Origin: an uncultured Collinsella sp.
GTDB lineage: Bacteria; Actinomycetota; Coriobacteriia; Coriobacteriales; Coriobacteriaceae
Assembly (NCBI GenBank): GCA_965141635.1
Contig: CBCSNG010000005.1
Span: 28,706-92,705, forward strand
Reading direction: 5' to 3'
Length of the DNA stretch: 64,000 nt
The notes below the pieces were generated by a model, which was not told where the DNA came from, searched no databases, and saw only the letters and a list, made by a program, of their open reading frames with translations. The first letter of the stretch is position 1. Each line of letters starts with the position of its first letter. Both the position numbers and the translations under genes were made by a program. This document shows, piece after piece, positions 20,242 through 29,748 of this stretch.

Positions 20242-23200
20242 GTGTATCTCAAGTCCCTCACGCTCAAAGGGTTCAAGTCGTTTGCCGACCGCGCCCATAT
20301 GTCATTTGAGCCGGGCCTGACCGTCATCGTCGGTCCCAACGGCTCGGGAAAATCGAACATCTCCGACTCGATTCTGTGGGTCCTGGGCGAGCAGAGTGCC
20401 AAGCAGCTGCGCGGCCAGGCCATGGAGGATGTCATCTTCTCGGGCTCGTCGGCGCGCAAGCCGGTGGGTGTCGCCGAGGTCACGCTGGTGCTCGATAACT
20501 CGGACCATATGCTGCCCGTCGACTTTGACGAGGTCGCCATTACCCGTCGCATGTACCGCTCGGGCGAAAGCGAGTACCTCATCAACTCGAGCCCGTGCCG
20601 CCTGATGGACATTCAGGACATCCTGCACGATTCGGGCCTGGGCAAGGATACGCATTCCATCATCAGCCAGGGCAAGCTCGACGCCATTTTGCAGAGCCGC
20701 CCCGAGGAGCGCCGCGCCCTGATCGAGGAGGTTGCCGGCATCTCCAAGCACAAGCGCCGCAAGGAGCGTGCGCTCAAAAAGATTAAATCGATGGACGAGC
20801 ACCTGACCCGTGCCCGCGACATCAATAAGGAGATCGCCCGCCAGCTGCGGCCGCTGGAGCGTCAGGTCGATCGCGCGCGCAAGTACAAAGAGCTGTCCTC
20901 GCGTGCGAACGAGCTTACGCAGATGCTGGCCGTCGACGAGCTTCGTTCGCTGCAGTCGCAGTGGAACGACCTGGAGAGCCGCTCCAAGGAGGGCGCTGCC
21001 GAGCTTGAGCTTGCGCAATACCGCTTGGGCGAAAAGGAGCGCGAGCTCGAGAAGCTCCAGGTCATGCTCGAGGAAAAGGGCCTGTTTGTGGGTGATCTGG
21101 GCGAGCAGCGCCGTCATATGCAAGACGTGGTCGGCCGCATCAACTCCGACATGCGCCTACTCGAGGAAAAGGGCCACAACATGGTGTCGCGCCTGTCCGA
21201 CATGCGCGGCCAGATCTCGAGCTCTGAGCATCAGCGTCGTCGCGTTGTCGAGGAGCTCGAGGATGCGCGTGCCCAGCTTGAGGAAGTGACCGGTGCGCAC
21301 ATGCAGGCCCAGGACGACGTTGACGCCGCCGGTCCTGCCGCCGCCGAGCTCCACGAGCGCCGCGTTGCGCTCGACAATCAGATTTCGCAGCTCACGCGCG
21401 AGCAGCGCGATGTCCAGCGTGTGGCCGATAACGCCGCGCTCGAACTCGCCAAGGTGAAGGACTCGCTGAGCAACGCCGAGGTCGAGGACAACATGTACGC
21501 CTCGCGCCTGGAGCAGATCGATGAGCAGCTCGAGGAGGTTACGGCCTCGCTCGAGAGCCTTCGCGACCGCGCTGAGGAACTTGACGGTGCGCTCGGTCAG
21601 TCCCGCCAGGCCCAGATTGATGCGCGCGAGGCCACCGAGGTCGCCCGTGCGGCGTTGAAGGACTTGCGTAATCGCGAGAGTGAGGCGCGCAACAAGCTGT
21701 CCGAGGTGCGCTCGGAGCTTGCCAGCCAAAAAAAGCTCGATGCCCGCATGGCTGACAGCTCGCCGCTGGTGAGCCGACTGATGGGCGCGCTGGGCGATGA
21801 TGTCTCGGGTCGTCTGGGCGATGTGCTCGAGGCTCCTCGTGAGCTCGAGGGCCTGGTCGAGCAGCTGCTTGCCGGCGATATCGATGCCTTGCTATTTGAT
21901 GACGCCGCCACGCTTGAGCGTGCCGGTCGTGCGGCTCTGGACCAAAAGAAGGCCTCGGGCGAGGCGCTGCTGGTGGCGCGCGGCGTGAGCGGCGGTGCTG
22001 CTGCTAAGGGTGCTGCCGGTTCGCGTCTGGTCGACCGTCTGTCCGTGCGTTCCGGGTATGGCCCGGTTGTCGAGGCCCTGCTCGGCGGCTATTACGTGGT
22101 CGATGACTTGGCTGCCGCGCTGGCGGCACCAGTCGTTGACGGTGTGACCTATGTGACGCCCGATGGCGCCCGCGTGAGCTGTGGCGGCCTGGTGCGCGTG
22201 GGACTCGATGCCGGCGAGGCTTCGGGTGCTCTGGAGCGCAAGCGTCGCATTCGCGAGCTGGAGGGCCTTGAGCCCGATTTGGCTGTCGTGTTTGAGCATG
22301 TGTCGGATCAGGTCGTCGAGGCCAATGCGGCCGTCGAGGAGGCGCGTGCCGCTGAGGGCGATGCCGCCGGCGAGATCGCCCGTCTTGAGGGCGAGCGCCG
22401 CTCGCTGCTCTCCGAGATCGGCCGCCTGGAGCAAAGCGCCAACAACGCCGAGGTCGAGCGCGTGCGCATTTCCAAGCGTCGCGAGCAGGCCGCCGAGGCC
22501 GTTCGCGCTGCGCGCCCGCGCGTTGACGAGCTCACCCGTTCGCGTGACGAGACCCGCGCGCAGGCAAGCGACCTGGGTCTCCAGATTGCCGAAGCCAACG
22601 ACGAGCTCGATCGCGTGCGCCGTGACGATTCCGAGGCAGCCGGCAAGCTCGCCGATGCCAAGGTCCGCCTGGCTCAGACGAGCGAGCGTCTGCGTTCGCT
22701 GAAGGGCCGCGTGCCCGATCTGGAGCATCGCCTGGAGGGCATCGACCGCCGTATCCGCGGAACACGCCAGGCCTCGCGCTCGCTCGAGTTGCTGCGTCTG
22801 CGCGTCGACCCTATGCACGAGCGCTATTCGGCCCTTCTGGAGCGCGCGTCGGATTGGGCCGCGCGTCTGCGTGACCAGGCTTCGCTCGAGGAGGCGGACT
22901 CGGCCTCGCTTAAGAAGACCATCGAAGACGCCAAGGCCGAGGTTGCTCGTGCCAAGGAGCGGGTCGATGCCGCCACGGCGACGCAAAATGAGTTCAAGGT
23001 CTCTCGCGGCAAGCTCGAGGTGCAGGTAGAGGCGGCCATCAAGGCCATTACCGCCGATGGCACCACGGTGCTCGAGGAAGCGCTCATGCTTCCTGCGCCT
23101 ACCGACCGCGATGCCGCCGAGCGCGAGCTTAACCAGCTCGTGCGCCAGATCAACAACCTTGGCCCTGTGAACCAGGTTGCCATGGAGGAGTACGAGCAGC

Positions 23201-23778
23201 TCAAGCGCCGCGCCGATTACATCGAGGAGCAGCTGGCCGATCTTGAGAGCGCACGCAAGGCGCTCACCAAGATCACGGTGGCCATCGACCGCAAGATGCG
23301 TAAAGCCTTCCTGGTGACCTTTGAGAAGGTCGATGCGAACTTCCGCGAGATCTTCGCCATGCTGTTCCCGGGTGGCCAGGCACATCTGGAGATGACCGAT
23401 CCCGAGCATCCGGCTGAGACGGGCATCGAGGTCGTGGCGCAGCCGCGTGGCAAGCGCATCAGCAAGATGATGCTCATGTCGGGCGGCGAGAAGAGCCTGA
23501 CGGCGCTCGCCCTGCTCTTTGCCGTGTATCGCACGCGTACGGTGCCGTTCTATGTGCTGGACGAGGTCGAGGCGGCACTCGATGACGCCAACCTGTCCAA
23601 GCTCATCGGCGCGCTCGATGTTTTGCGTTCCGATACGCAGCTCTTGGTTATCTCGCATCAGCGCCGTACTATGGAGGACGCTGACGTCCTCTACGGCGTC
23701 TCGATGCAAGCCGACGGCGTCAGCCGCGTCGTCTCGCAAAAACTCGATCGCGAAACCGGAAAGGTCGTGAATGCATAA
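20242..23778 (+). CDS. smc: Chromosome segregation protein SMC
   Basis: GPNGSGKSN, long coiled coils, MSGGEKSL, LDEVEAALD. Confidence 0.98.
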   Translation: MYLKSLTLKGFKSFADRAHMSFEPGLTVIVGPNGSGKSNISDSILWVLGEQSAKQLRGQAMEDVIFSGSSARKPVGVAEVTLVLDNSDHMLPVDFDEVAITRRMYRSGESEYLINSSPCRLMDIQDILHDSGLGKDTHSIISQGKLDAILQSRPEERRALIEEVAGISKHKRRKERALKKIKSMDEHLTRARDINKEIARQLRPLERQVDRARKYKELSSRANELTQMLAVDELRSLQSQWNDLESRSKEGAAELELAQYRLGEKERELEKLQVMLEEKGLFVGDLGEQRRHMQDVVGRINSDMRLLEEKGHNMVSRLSDMRGQISSSEHQRRRVVEELEDARAQLEEVTGAHMQAQDDVDAAGPAAAELHERRVALDNQISQLTREQRDVQRVADNAALELAKVKDSLSNAEVEDNMYASRLEQIDEQLEEVTASLESLRDRAEELDGALGQSRQAQIDAREATEVARAALKDLRNRESEARNKLSEVRSELASQKKLDARMADSSPLVSRLMGALGDDVSGRLGDVLEAPRELEGLVEQLLAGDIDALLFDDAATLERAGRAALDQKKASGEALLVARGVSGGAAAKGAAGSRLVDRLSVRSGYGPVVEALLGGYYVVDDLAAALAAPVVDGVTYVTPDGARVSCGGLVRVGLDAGEASGALERKRRIRELEGLEPDLAVVFEHVSDQVVEANAAVEEARAAEGDAAGEIARLEGERRSLLSEIGRLEQSANNAEVERVRISKRREQAAEAVRAARPRVDELTRSRDETRAQASDLGLQIAEANDELDRVRRDDSEAAGKLADAKVRLAQTSERLRSLKGRVPDLEHRLEGIDRRIRGTRQASRSLELLRLRVDPMHERYSALLERASDWAARLRDQASLEEADSASLKKTIEDAKAEVARAKERVDAATATQNEFKVSRGKLEVQVEAAIKAITADGTTVLEEALMLPAPTDRDAAERELNQLVRQINNLGPVNQVAMEEYEQLKRRADYIEEQLADLESARKALTKITVAIDRKMRKAFLVTFEKVDANFREIFAMLFPGGQAHLEMTDPEHPAETGIEVVAQPRGKRISKMMLMSGGEKSLTALALLFAVYRTRTVPFYVLDEVEAALDDANLSKLIGALDVLRSDTQLLVISHQRRTMEDADVLYGVSMQADGVSRVVSQKLDRETGKVVNA

Positions 23779-24695
23779 TGGGATTCTTCGATGCTCTCTC
23801 GCGCGGACTTGAACGCAGCCGCGAGGCCCTCAACGAGGTCTTTTATTTTGGCGGCGAGGTCGACGAGGATTTTTGGGAGGACCTTGAGGACACTCTCGTC
23901 ATGGGTGACATGGGTGCCGAGGTCGCTATCAAGGTGTCCGATGACCTGCGCGACGCCGCGGCCAAGAAGAACCTTAAGACCGCCCAGCAGCTCCGTCGCG
24001 CCCTGGCCGAGCAGCTCGAGCAACATTTTGTGCCCGCCGAGCGCGATCCGTTCTCCGACACGCCGAGCTGCGTGCTGTTTGTGGGTATTAACGGTGCCGG
24101 CAAGACCACGACGGTCGGCAAGATCGCGAGCGCCATGGCTGCCCGCGGCAAGAACGTCGTGATCGGCTCAGCCGATACCTTCCGCGCCGCCGCCATCGAG
24201 CAGCTCGATGTGTGGGGCCAGCGCGCTGGTGTCCCCGTCATCAAGCGCGACCGCGGCTCCGACCCGGCGAGCGTTTGCTACGACGTGCTCGACGAGGCCG
24301 ACAAGCGCGGCAGCGACCTGGTGCTTATCGACACCGCCGGCCGTCTGCACACGAGCCCCGAGCTCATGCGCGAGCTTGCCAAGGTGGTCAACGTGACGCG
24401 TAAGCGCGCCGCCAATATGGCCGCCGGCCCCATGCCCGTCTCGGTTGTCCTCGTGATAGATGCCGCGACGGGCCAAAACGGTCTGAACCAGGCGCTCGAG
24501 TTTAACGAGGCGTTGGGTCTGGACGGTATTATCATGACAAAGCTCGACGGCACGGCTAAGGGTGGCATCGCCATGGCCGTGGCCGAGAAGCTCAAGCTCC
24601 CAATCCTGCGCATCGGCGTGGGCGAGCAGGTCGATGACCTGCAGGAGTTCAATGCCAAAGATTTCTGCCGCGCCCTGGTGGGCGAGTCCAACTAA
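23778..24695 (+). CDS. ftsY: SRP receptor FtsY
   Basis: GINGAGKTTT, DTFRAAA, DTAGR, TKLDGTAKGG. Confidence 0.98.
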   Translation: MGFFDALSRGLERSREALNEVFYFGGEVDEDFWEDLEDTLVMGDMGAEVAIKVSDDLRDAAAKKNLKTAQQLRRALAEQLEQHFVPAERDPFSDTPSCVLFVGINGAGKTTTVGKIASAMAARGKNVVIGSADTFRAAAIEQLDVWGQRAGVPVIKRDRGSDPASVCYDVLDEADKRGSDLVLIDTAGRLHTSPELMRELAKVVNVTRKRAANMAAGPMPVSVVLVIDAATGQNGLNQALEFNEALGLDGIIMTKLDGTAKGGIAMAVAEKLKLPILRIGVGEQVDDLQEFNAKDFCRALVGESN

Positions 24696-24705
24696 GGAGT
24701 AACTA

Positions 24706-26181
24706 GTGTTTGATTCTCTGAGCGATCGCCTCAACGACACATTTGACCGCCTGCGCGGCAAGGGTAAGCTGACCGAGGCCGATATCACCTCGGCCATGCG
24801 CGACATTCGCATGGCGCTGCTCGAGGCCGACGTCAACTTCAAGGTCGTTAAGGAGTTCGTCGCCAAGACCAAGGAGCGCTGCATGACCGCCGAGGTCATG
24901 GAGTCGCTGTCGCCGGCGCAAAACGTTGTCAAGATCGTGCTCGACGAGCTCACCGAGATGCTCGGCTCCACCGAGAGCAAGCTCGTCTTTAGCAACCGCA
25001 TTCCCAATGTCATCATGCTCGTCGGCCTGCAGGGCTCCGGTAAGACCACGGCTGCCGTAAAGCTGGCCTACCTGCTCAAGAAGCAGGGCCGCTCGCCGCT
25101 GCTCGCCGCGTGCGACGTCTACCGTCCCGCCGCTGCCGACCAGTTGGCCACACTCGGTGGAGAGATCGGCGTTCCGGTTTTCCGCGGTGACGGCGCGCAC
25201 CCGGTCGATATCGCCAAGGGCGCCATCCAGGAGGCTGTCGACCACCTGCGCGACGTGGTCATCGTCGATACCGCCGGTCGTCTGCAGATCGATGAGCAGA
25301 TGATGCAGGAGGCCGTGGACATCAAGAAGGCCGTCAAGCCCGATCAGGTGCTGATGGTCGTCGATGCCATGACCGGCCAGGATATCGTCAACGTCGTCTC
25401 GACCTTCGCCGAGCGCACCGATTTTGACGGCGTGATCATTTCCAAGCTCGACGGCGATGCCCGTGGCGGCGGCGCGCTTTCCGTGCGCCAGGTGACCGGC
25501 AAGCCCATCAAGTTCGTGAGCATGGGCGAGAAGCCCGATTCGCTGGAGCCGTTCTACCCCGACCGCATGGCCAAGCGAATCTTGGGCATGGGCGACGTTG
25601 TCGGCATCATCGAGAAGGCCCAGGAGGCGGCCGATGCCGAGCAGCTCGAGGCCGCCGAGCGCATGCTGCGCGAGGGCTTTACCATGAACGACATGCTCGA
25701 CCAGATGAAGGCCGTCAAGAAGATGGGCGGCATGAAGGGCATTCTGGGCATGCTCCCCGGTGGTCAGCGTGCGCTCAACCAGATGGGCGGCAACTTGGAC
25801 GAGGGCATCTTCGACAAGAACGAGGCCATCATCATGTCGATGACCAAGGAGGAGCGCCTGCGTCCCTCTATCATCAACGGCCAGCGTCGCGCGCGTATCG
25901 CCAAGGGCGCTGGCGTGACTCCCACTGAGGTCAATAGCCTTATGAAGCAGTGGGGCGAGATGAATAAGATGATGGGCCGCATGCGCACGATGGCCAATCA
26001 GGCGCAGGCCGGCGGCAAGAAGGGCAAGAAGGGTAAGAAGGGCAAAAAGATGCGCATGCCCAATATTCCCGGTCTGGATGCCATGGGTCTGGGCGGCATG
26101 GGCGGACTGGGAGCGGGTGGTCCTAAGTCCGATATGGACCTGCTGCGTCAGATGGAAGCGCAGATGCGCAATAAAAAATAA
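24706..26181 (+). CDS. ffh: Signal recognition particle protein Ffh
   Basis: GLQGSGKTT, DTAGR, KLDGDARGG; Met-rich M domain. Confidence 0.98.
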   Translation: MFDSLSDRLNDTFDRLRGKGKLTEADITSAMRDIRMALLEADVNFKVVKEFVAKTKERCMTAEVMESLSPAQNVVKIVLDELTEMLGSTESKLVFSNRIPNVIMLVGLQGSGKTTAAVKLAYLLKKQGRSPLLAACDVYRPAAADQLATLGGEIGVPVFRGDGAHPVDIAKGAIQEAVDHLRDVVIVDTAGRLQIDEQMMQEAVDIKKAVKPDQVLMVVDAMTGQDIVNVVSTFAERTDFDGVIISKLDGDARGGGALSVRQVTGKPIKFVSMGEKPDSLEPFYPDRMAKRILGMGDVVGIIEKAQEAADAEQLEAAERMLREGFTMNDMLDQMKAVKKMGGMKGILGMLPGGQRALNQMGGNLDEGIFDKNEAIIMSMTKEERLRPSIINGQRRARIAKGAGVTPTEVNSLMKQWGEMNKMMGRMRTMANQAQAGGKKGKKGKKGKKMRMPNIPGLDAMGLGGMGGLGAGGPKSDMDLLRQMEAQMRNKK

Positions 26182-26205
26182 CGACTGATTGGGTCGTGTG
26201 TTGCT

Positions 26206-26237
26206 AAGGCCGCCTGGATGGTACTCCAGGCGGCCTT
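26206..26237. terminator. Hairpin between convergent ffh and DUF134 genes
   Basis: Perfect 13-bp stem aaggccgcctgga/tccaggcggcctt. Confidence 0.7.
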
Positions 26238-26295
26238 CGCCGTTTGTTTGCAGGTTGTTGCATGTGCGGAAGCGTTCTGACGCGCGGGTTTGCCG

Positions 26296-27060
26296 CTAGT
26301 GGCAGCTGCAGCCCTCATGTCCGTCGTGGTCGTGATGACCGTGGCAGCCGCAGGACTCGCCATGCTCATGGGTGTGCTCGTGGTCATGACCATGGCAGTC
26401 GCAGGTGGCCTCGCCGGTCTGAGCGAGCGTTCCGGCAATGAGGGCCTCGACGCAGGCATCGCAGCTGCCCTGGGCGCCCGCATAGACGGTGATGCCGGCC
26501 TGGGTGAGCGCGTTGATGGCGCCGCCGCCGATACCGCCGCAAATGAGCGTGTCAACGCCACCGTTGGCAAGCAGACCCGCCAGGGCGCCGTGACCGGTGC
26601 CGCCGGTGCCTACGACCTGCTCGTTGAGCACCTTGCCATCCTGGATGTCGTAGATCTTGAACTGTTCGCTGCGGCCAAAGTGCATAAAGATGTTGCCGTT
26701 GTCGTACGTCGTTGCCACCCTCATGGTGCCGACCTCCTTTACTGGCCATGCGGCCGTCGTCGTGGTGATGGGGGAGTATGCGATATTACCGCCCTCGATA
26801 CTTAGCGCTCGCCCGTTGACTAACGCGTTTGCCACCTTGCGATGTGCGCGGCTGCAGATGGCCGCCACGGTGGCACGAGCGATACCCATGTGCTGGGCGA
26901 CGGTCTGCTGATTGAGGCCTTCCAGGTCGCACAGCCGCAGGACTTCGAGCTCGTCGACCGTCATCTCGATGGCGTCTCCGCTGGCAAGGCCGTCAGGGGT
27001 AAAGCCGCGATATTCAGGGATGATCCCAACGCGGCGCAATTTTTCGTGTCTTCCTGCCAT
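26296..27060 (-). CDS. DUF134 HTH fused to NifB/NifX-like domain, with His/Cys-rich tail
   Basis: ELEVLRLCDLEGLNQQTVAQHMGIARAT (DUF134); HFGRSEQF...LICGGIG (NifB/NifX). ATG 27060 follows GGAGAG. Confidence 0.88.
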   Translation of the reverse strand: MAGRHEKLRRVGIIPEYRGFTPDGLASGDAIEMTVDELEVLRLCDLEGLNQQTVAQHMGIARATVAAICSRAHRKVANALVNGRALSIEGGNIAYSPITTTTAAWPVKEVGTMRVATTYDNGNIFMHFGRSEQFKIYDIQDGKVLNEQVVGTGGTGHGALAGLLANGGVDTLICGGIGGGAINALTQAGITVYAGAQGSCDACVEALIAGTLAQTGEATCDCHGHDHEHTHEHGESCGCHGHHDHDGHEGCSCH

Positions 27061-27073
27061 ACACTCTCCAAAT

Positions 27074-27143
27074 TTGACATATGTCAACAATAGAATAGCG
27101 AATATGCGGATTTGCGCAAGGAATTTCTGGCATATGTCAGAAA
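27074..27143. promoter_or_regulatory. Twin palindromic operators flanking the DUF134 promoter
   Basis: TTGACATATGTCAA (27074-27087) and TTTCTGGCATATGTCAGAAA (27124-27143) flank a minus-strand TTGCGC-N16-TATTCT. Confidence 0.7.
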
Positions 27144-27226
27144 ATGAGGGCTTATGTTTGGGCTGTGGGGCCGCGTGCGCCTGGGCTACAATGAATCTCG
27201 CTTATAGGCGACTGACAGGAGGGTCA

Positions 27227-28075
27227 ATGAGCAAAGCTGATCAGCAGTTTGTAGCCATGTGCCGCGATATTCTGGACCATGGCACCACCACCGAGGGTCA
27301 AAAGGTCCGACCGGTGTGGGAGGACGGCACCCCTGCCTATACCATTAAAAACTTTGGCGTTACGGCACGCTATGACCTGCGCGAGGAGTTCCCCGCGCTC
27401 ACCCTTCGTCGCACGGCGCTTAAGTCTGCCATGGACGAGATCCTGTGGATCTATCAAAAGAAGTCAAATAACGTCCATGACCTCAACAGCCATATTTGGG
27501 ACGAGTGGGCCGACGAGACCGGTTCCATCGGCAAAGCCTACGGGTATCAGATTGGCCAGAAAAGCCATTATGCCGAGGGTGACTTCGACCAGATGGATCG
27601 TGTGCTGTACGATCTTAAGCATACGCCGTACAGCCGCCGTATCATGACGAACACCTATGTGTTTAACGATCTGTCCGAGATGCACCTGTATCCATGCGCC
27701 TACAGCGTGACCTATAACGTCACGCAGCGCCCGCAGGACGATAAACCCACACTCAACATGATTCTCAACCAGCGCAGCCAGGACATTTTGGCCGCGAACA
27801 ACTGGAACGTGTGCCAGTACGCCATCTTGCTGATGATGGTCGCGCAGTCGGTCGATATGATTCCCGGTGAGCTGCTGCATGTGATTGCCGATGCCCACAT
27901 TTACGACCGTCATGTCGATATCGTCCGTGAACTTATCGAGCGTCCGCAGTTTGCGGCGCCCAAGGTAACGCTTAACCCCGATGTGCACGATTTCTATGCG
28001 TTTACGACTGACGACCTCATCGTCGAGGGCTACGAGCACGGCCCACAGGTCAAGAACATCCCCATTGCGGTGTAG
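27227..28075 (+). CDS. thyA: Thymidylate synthase
   Basis: EILW, SRRI, LYPCAY, NQRSQD, DAHIY motifs. ATG 27227 follows AGGAGG. Confidence 0.97.
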   Translation: MSKADQQFVAMCRDILDHGTTTEGQKVRPVWEDGTPAYTIKNFGVTARYDLREEFPALTLRRTALKSAMDEILWIYQKKSNNVHDLNSHIWDEWADETGSIGKAYGYQIGQKSHYAEGDFDQMDRVLYDLKHTPYSRRIMTNTYVFNDLSEMHLYPCAYSVTYNVTQRPQDDKPTLNMILNQRSQDILAANNWNVCQYAILLMMVAQSVDMIPGELLHVIADAHIYDRHVDIVRELIERPQFAAPKVTLNPDVHDFYAFTTDDLIVEGYEHGPQVKNIPIAV

Positions 28076-28603
28076 GTGGCGCTCATGACGTGTAAGCTTT
28101 CTGCCATCGTCGCCGTGTGTGACGATTGGGGCATTGGGTGCGAGGGCGATATGGTGGTGTCTAATCGCGCCGACATGCGCCATTTTGTGGCGTGCACCAA
28201 AGGTTGCCCGGTCATTATGGGGCGCAAGACCCTGCTGAGTTTTCCCGGTGGGCGTCCGCTCAAGAACCGCCGCAATATCGTGCTTACCCGCGACGAGGAT
28301 TTTGCCGTCGAGGGCGTCGACGTGGTGTATAGCATCGACGAGGCGCTCGCCGCGGTTGCCGATGAGCCCGTTGCGTGGGTGATCGGCGGCGGCGAGGTGT
28401 ATCGGCAGTTTTTGCCGTATTGCGCCGAGGCCGAGGTCACGCACAACCATTGCACCCATGCCGTGGACACGTACTTTCCCGACTTGGACGCCGATCCCGC
28501 GTGGGAGATTGCGTGGAGTGGCGGGGTTGCCACGATTGCCTCGGGCGAGGGCGATGAGGGCGTCGATTATGAGTTCGTGACGTATCGTCGCGTTGAGGCG
28601 TAA
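28076..28603 (+). CDS. folA: Dihydrofolate reductase
   Basis: AIVAV...GIG, IMGRKT, RPLKNRRNIVLTR, IGGGEVY, DTYFP. Confidence 0.96.
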   Translation: MALMTCKLSAIVAVCDDWGIGCEGDMVVSNRADMRHFVACTKGCPVIMGRKTLLSFPGGRPLKNRRNIVLTRDEDFAVEGVDVVYSIDEALAAVADEPVAWVIGGGEVYRQFLPYCAEAEVTHNHCTHAVDTYFPDLDADPAWEIAWSGGVATIASGEGDEGVDYEFVTYRRVEA

Positions 28604-28708
28604 ATCGTCTGGTGTGAACGGTATCATCGGGTTGATTGAATGGGGCGGCGCTTAGCGTCGCCTCGTTTGGTATAGATGTGCTGTAAAGAAGGGTGCGGGC
28701 AGGCTGCT

Positions 28709-29623
28709 ATGACTGATGCCGTTGAGGTGCTGCGAATTGATTCGCTCGAGGACGAGCGGCTCGATGCCTACGTGCGACTGACCGAGCGCGAGCTTCGCTG
28801 CGTGCTGGAGCCGCAAAAGGGCATCTTTATCGCCGAGAGTGCCAAGGTTATCGAGCGCGCGGTGCGTGCCGGATACGAGCCGGTGAGCTTTCTTTTGGGT
28901 GAACGCTGGCTTGACCAGATGATGCCGCTGTTTGAGCGCCTGGTCGTGCGCGAGGGCGCCGGCCCGGTTCCTGTGTTCGTGGCCTCCATGGAGCTCATGG
29001 AGCAGCTGACGGGCTTCAATGTGACGCGCGGTGCGCTCGCGGCTTTCCGTCGACCGCGCCAGATTCCGGTTGATGAGTTTCTCGACGGCGTCGTCGAGGC
29101 GGCGGGTGAGCGTCCGGTGCGTGTGTGCGTGCTCGAGGGCATTGTCGACCATACCAATGTGGGCGCGATTTTCCGTTCGGCGGCCGCATTAAACGTTGAC
29201 GGTATTTTGGTCAGCCCTACGTGCTGCGACCCGCTGTACCGTCGCTCGGCCCGCGTGAGCATGGGCACGGTGTTTCAGGTGCCGTGGACGCGCATTGGCA
29301 GCGAGGCTCGTGTGTGGCCGCACGATGGCCTGGCGGCACTGCACGAAGCCGGTTTTTCCTGTGCTGCCATGGCATTGACGGACGATTCCGTATCGCTGGA
29401 CGATCCCGTGCTGCAGGAGATTGACCGCCTGGCAATCTTTATGGGTACCGAGGGTGCCGGCCTGGGTGCCAAGACTATCGCGGGCTGCGACCGGGCCGTG
29501 CGCATTCCGATGGCGCACGGGGTCGATTCGCTTAACGTGGCAGCGGCGAGTGCCGTCGCCTTTTGGCAGCTGTGCCCGCACGTGAGTAATGAGTACCACT
29601 ACCAGCCGGGGCTGTATCACTAG
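28709..29623 (+). CDS. TrmH/SpoU family RNA methyltransferase
   Basis: DHTNVGAIFRSA, MGTEGAGL, IPM...DSLNVAAA (SPOUT). Confidence 0.93.
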   Translation: MTDAVEVLRIDSLEDERLDAYVRLTERELRCVLEPQKGIFIAESAKVIERAVRAGYEPVSFLLGERWLDQMMPLFERLVVREGAGPVPVFVASMELMEQLTGFNVTRGALAAFRRPRQIPVDEFLDGVVEAAGERPVRVCVLEGIVDHTNVGAIFRSAAALNVDGILVSPTCCDPLYRRSARVSMGTVFQVPWTRIGSEARVWPHDGLAALHEAGFSCAAMALTDDSVSLDDPVLQEIDRLAIFMGTEGAGLGAKTIAGCDRAVRIPMAHGVDSLNVAAASAVAFWQLCPHVSNEYHYQPGLYH

Positions 29624-29748
29624 GCAGATAGTTCGCACCGGGCTCTTATTCGGGGTGTTTCGGTCGACGCCGGTCGGTGCTAAGCTGGTATTGGCGTTGG
29701 CCTTAATTTGCTGTTTTGTCGGTTGACGTGCGCTTTTGGGGAGGGCGT

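Noticed and set aside
26011..26050. GKK repeats in the Ffh C-terminus
   Set aside because: Ordinary low-complexity M-domain tail.
26912..27226. Long N-terminal extension of thyA in the ORF track (likewise coaD, yceD, alaS, RpiR, anti-sigma)
   Set aside because: Downstream starts have clear RBSs and match expected protein N-termini.
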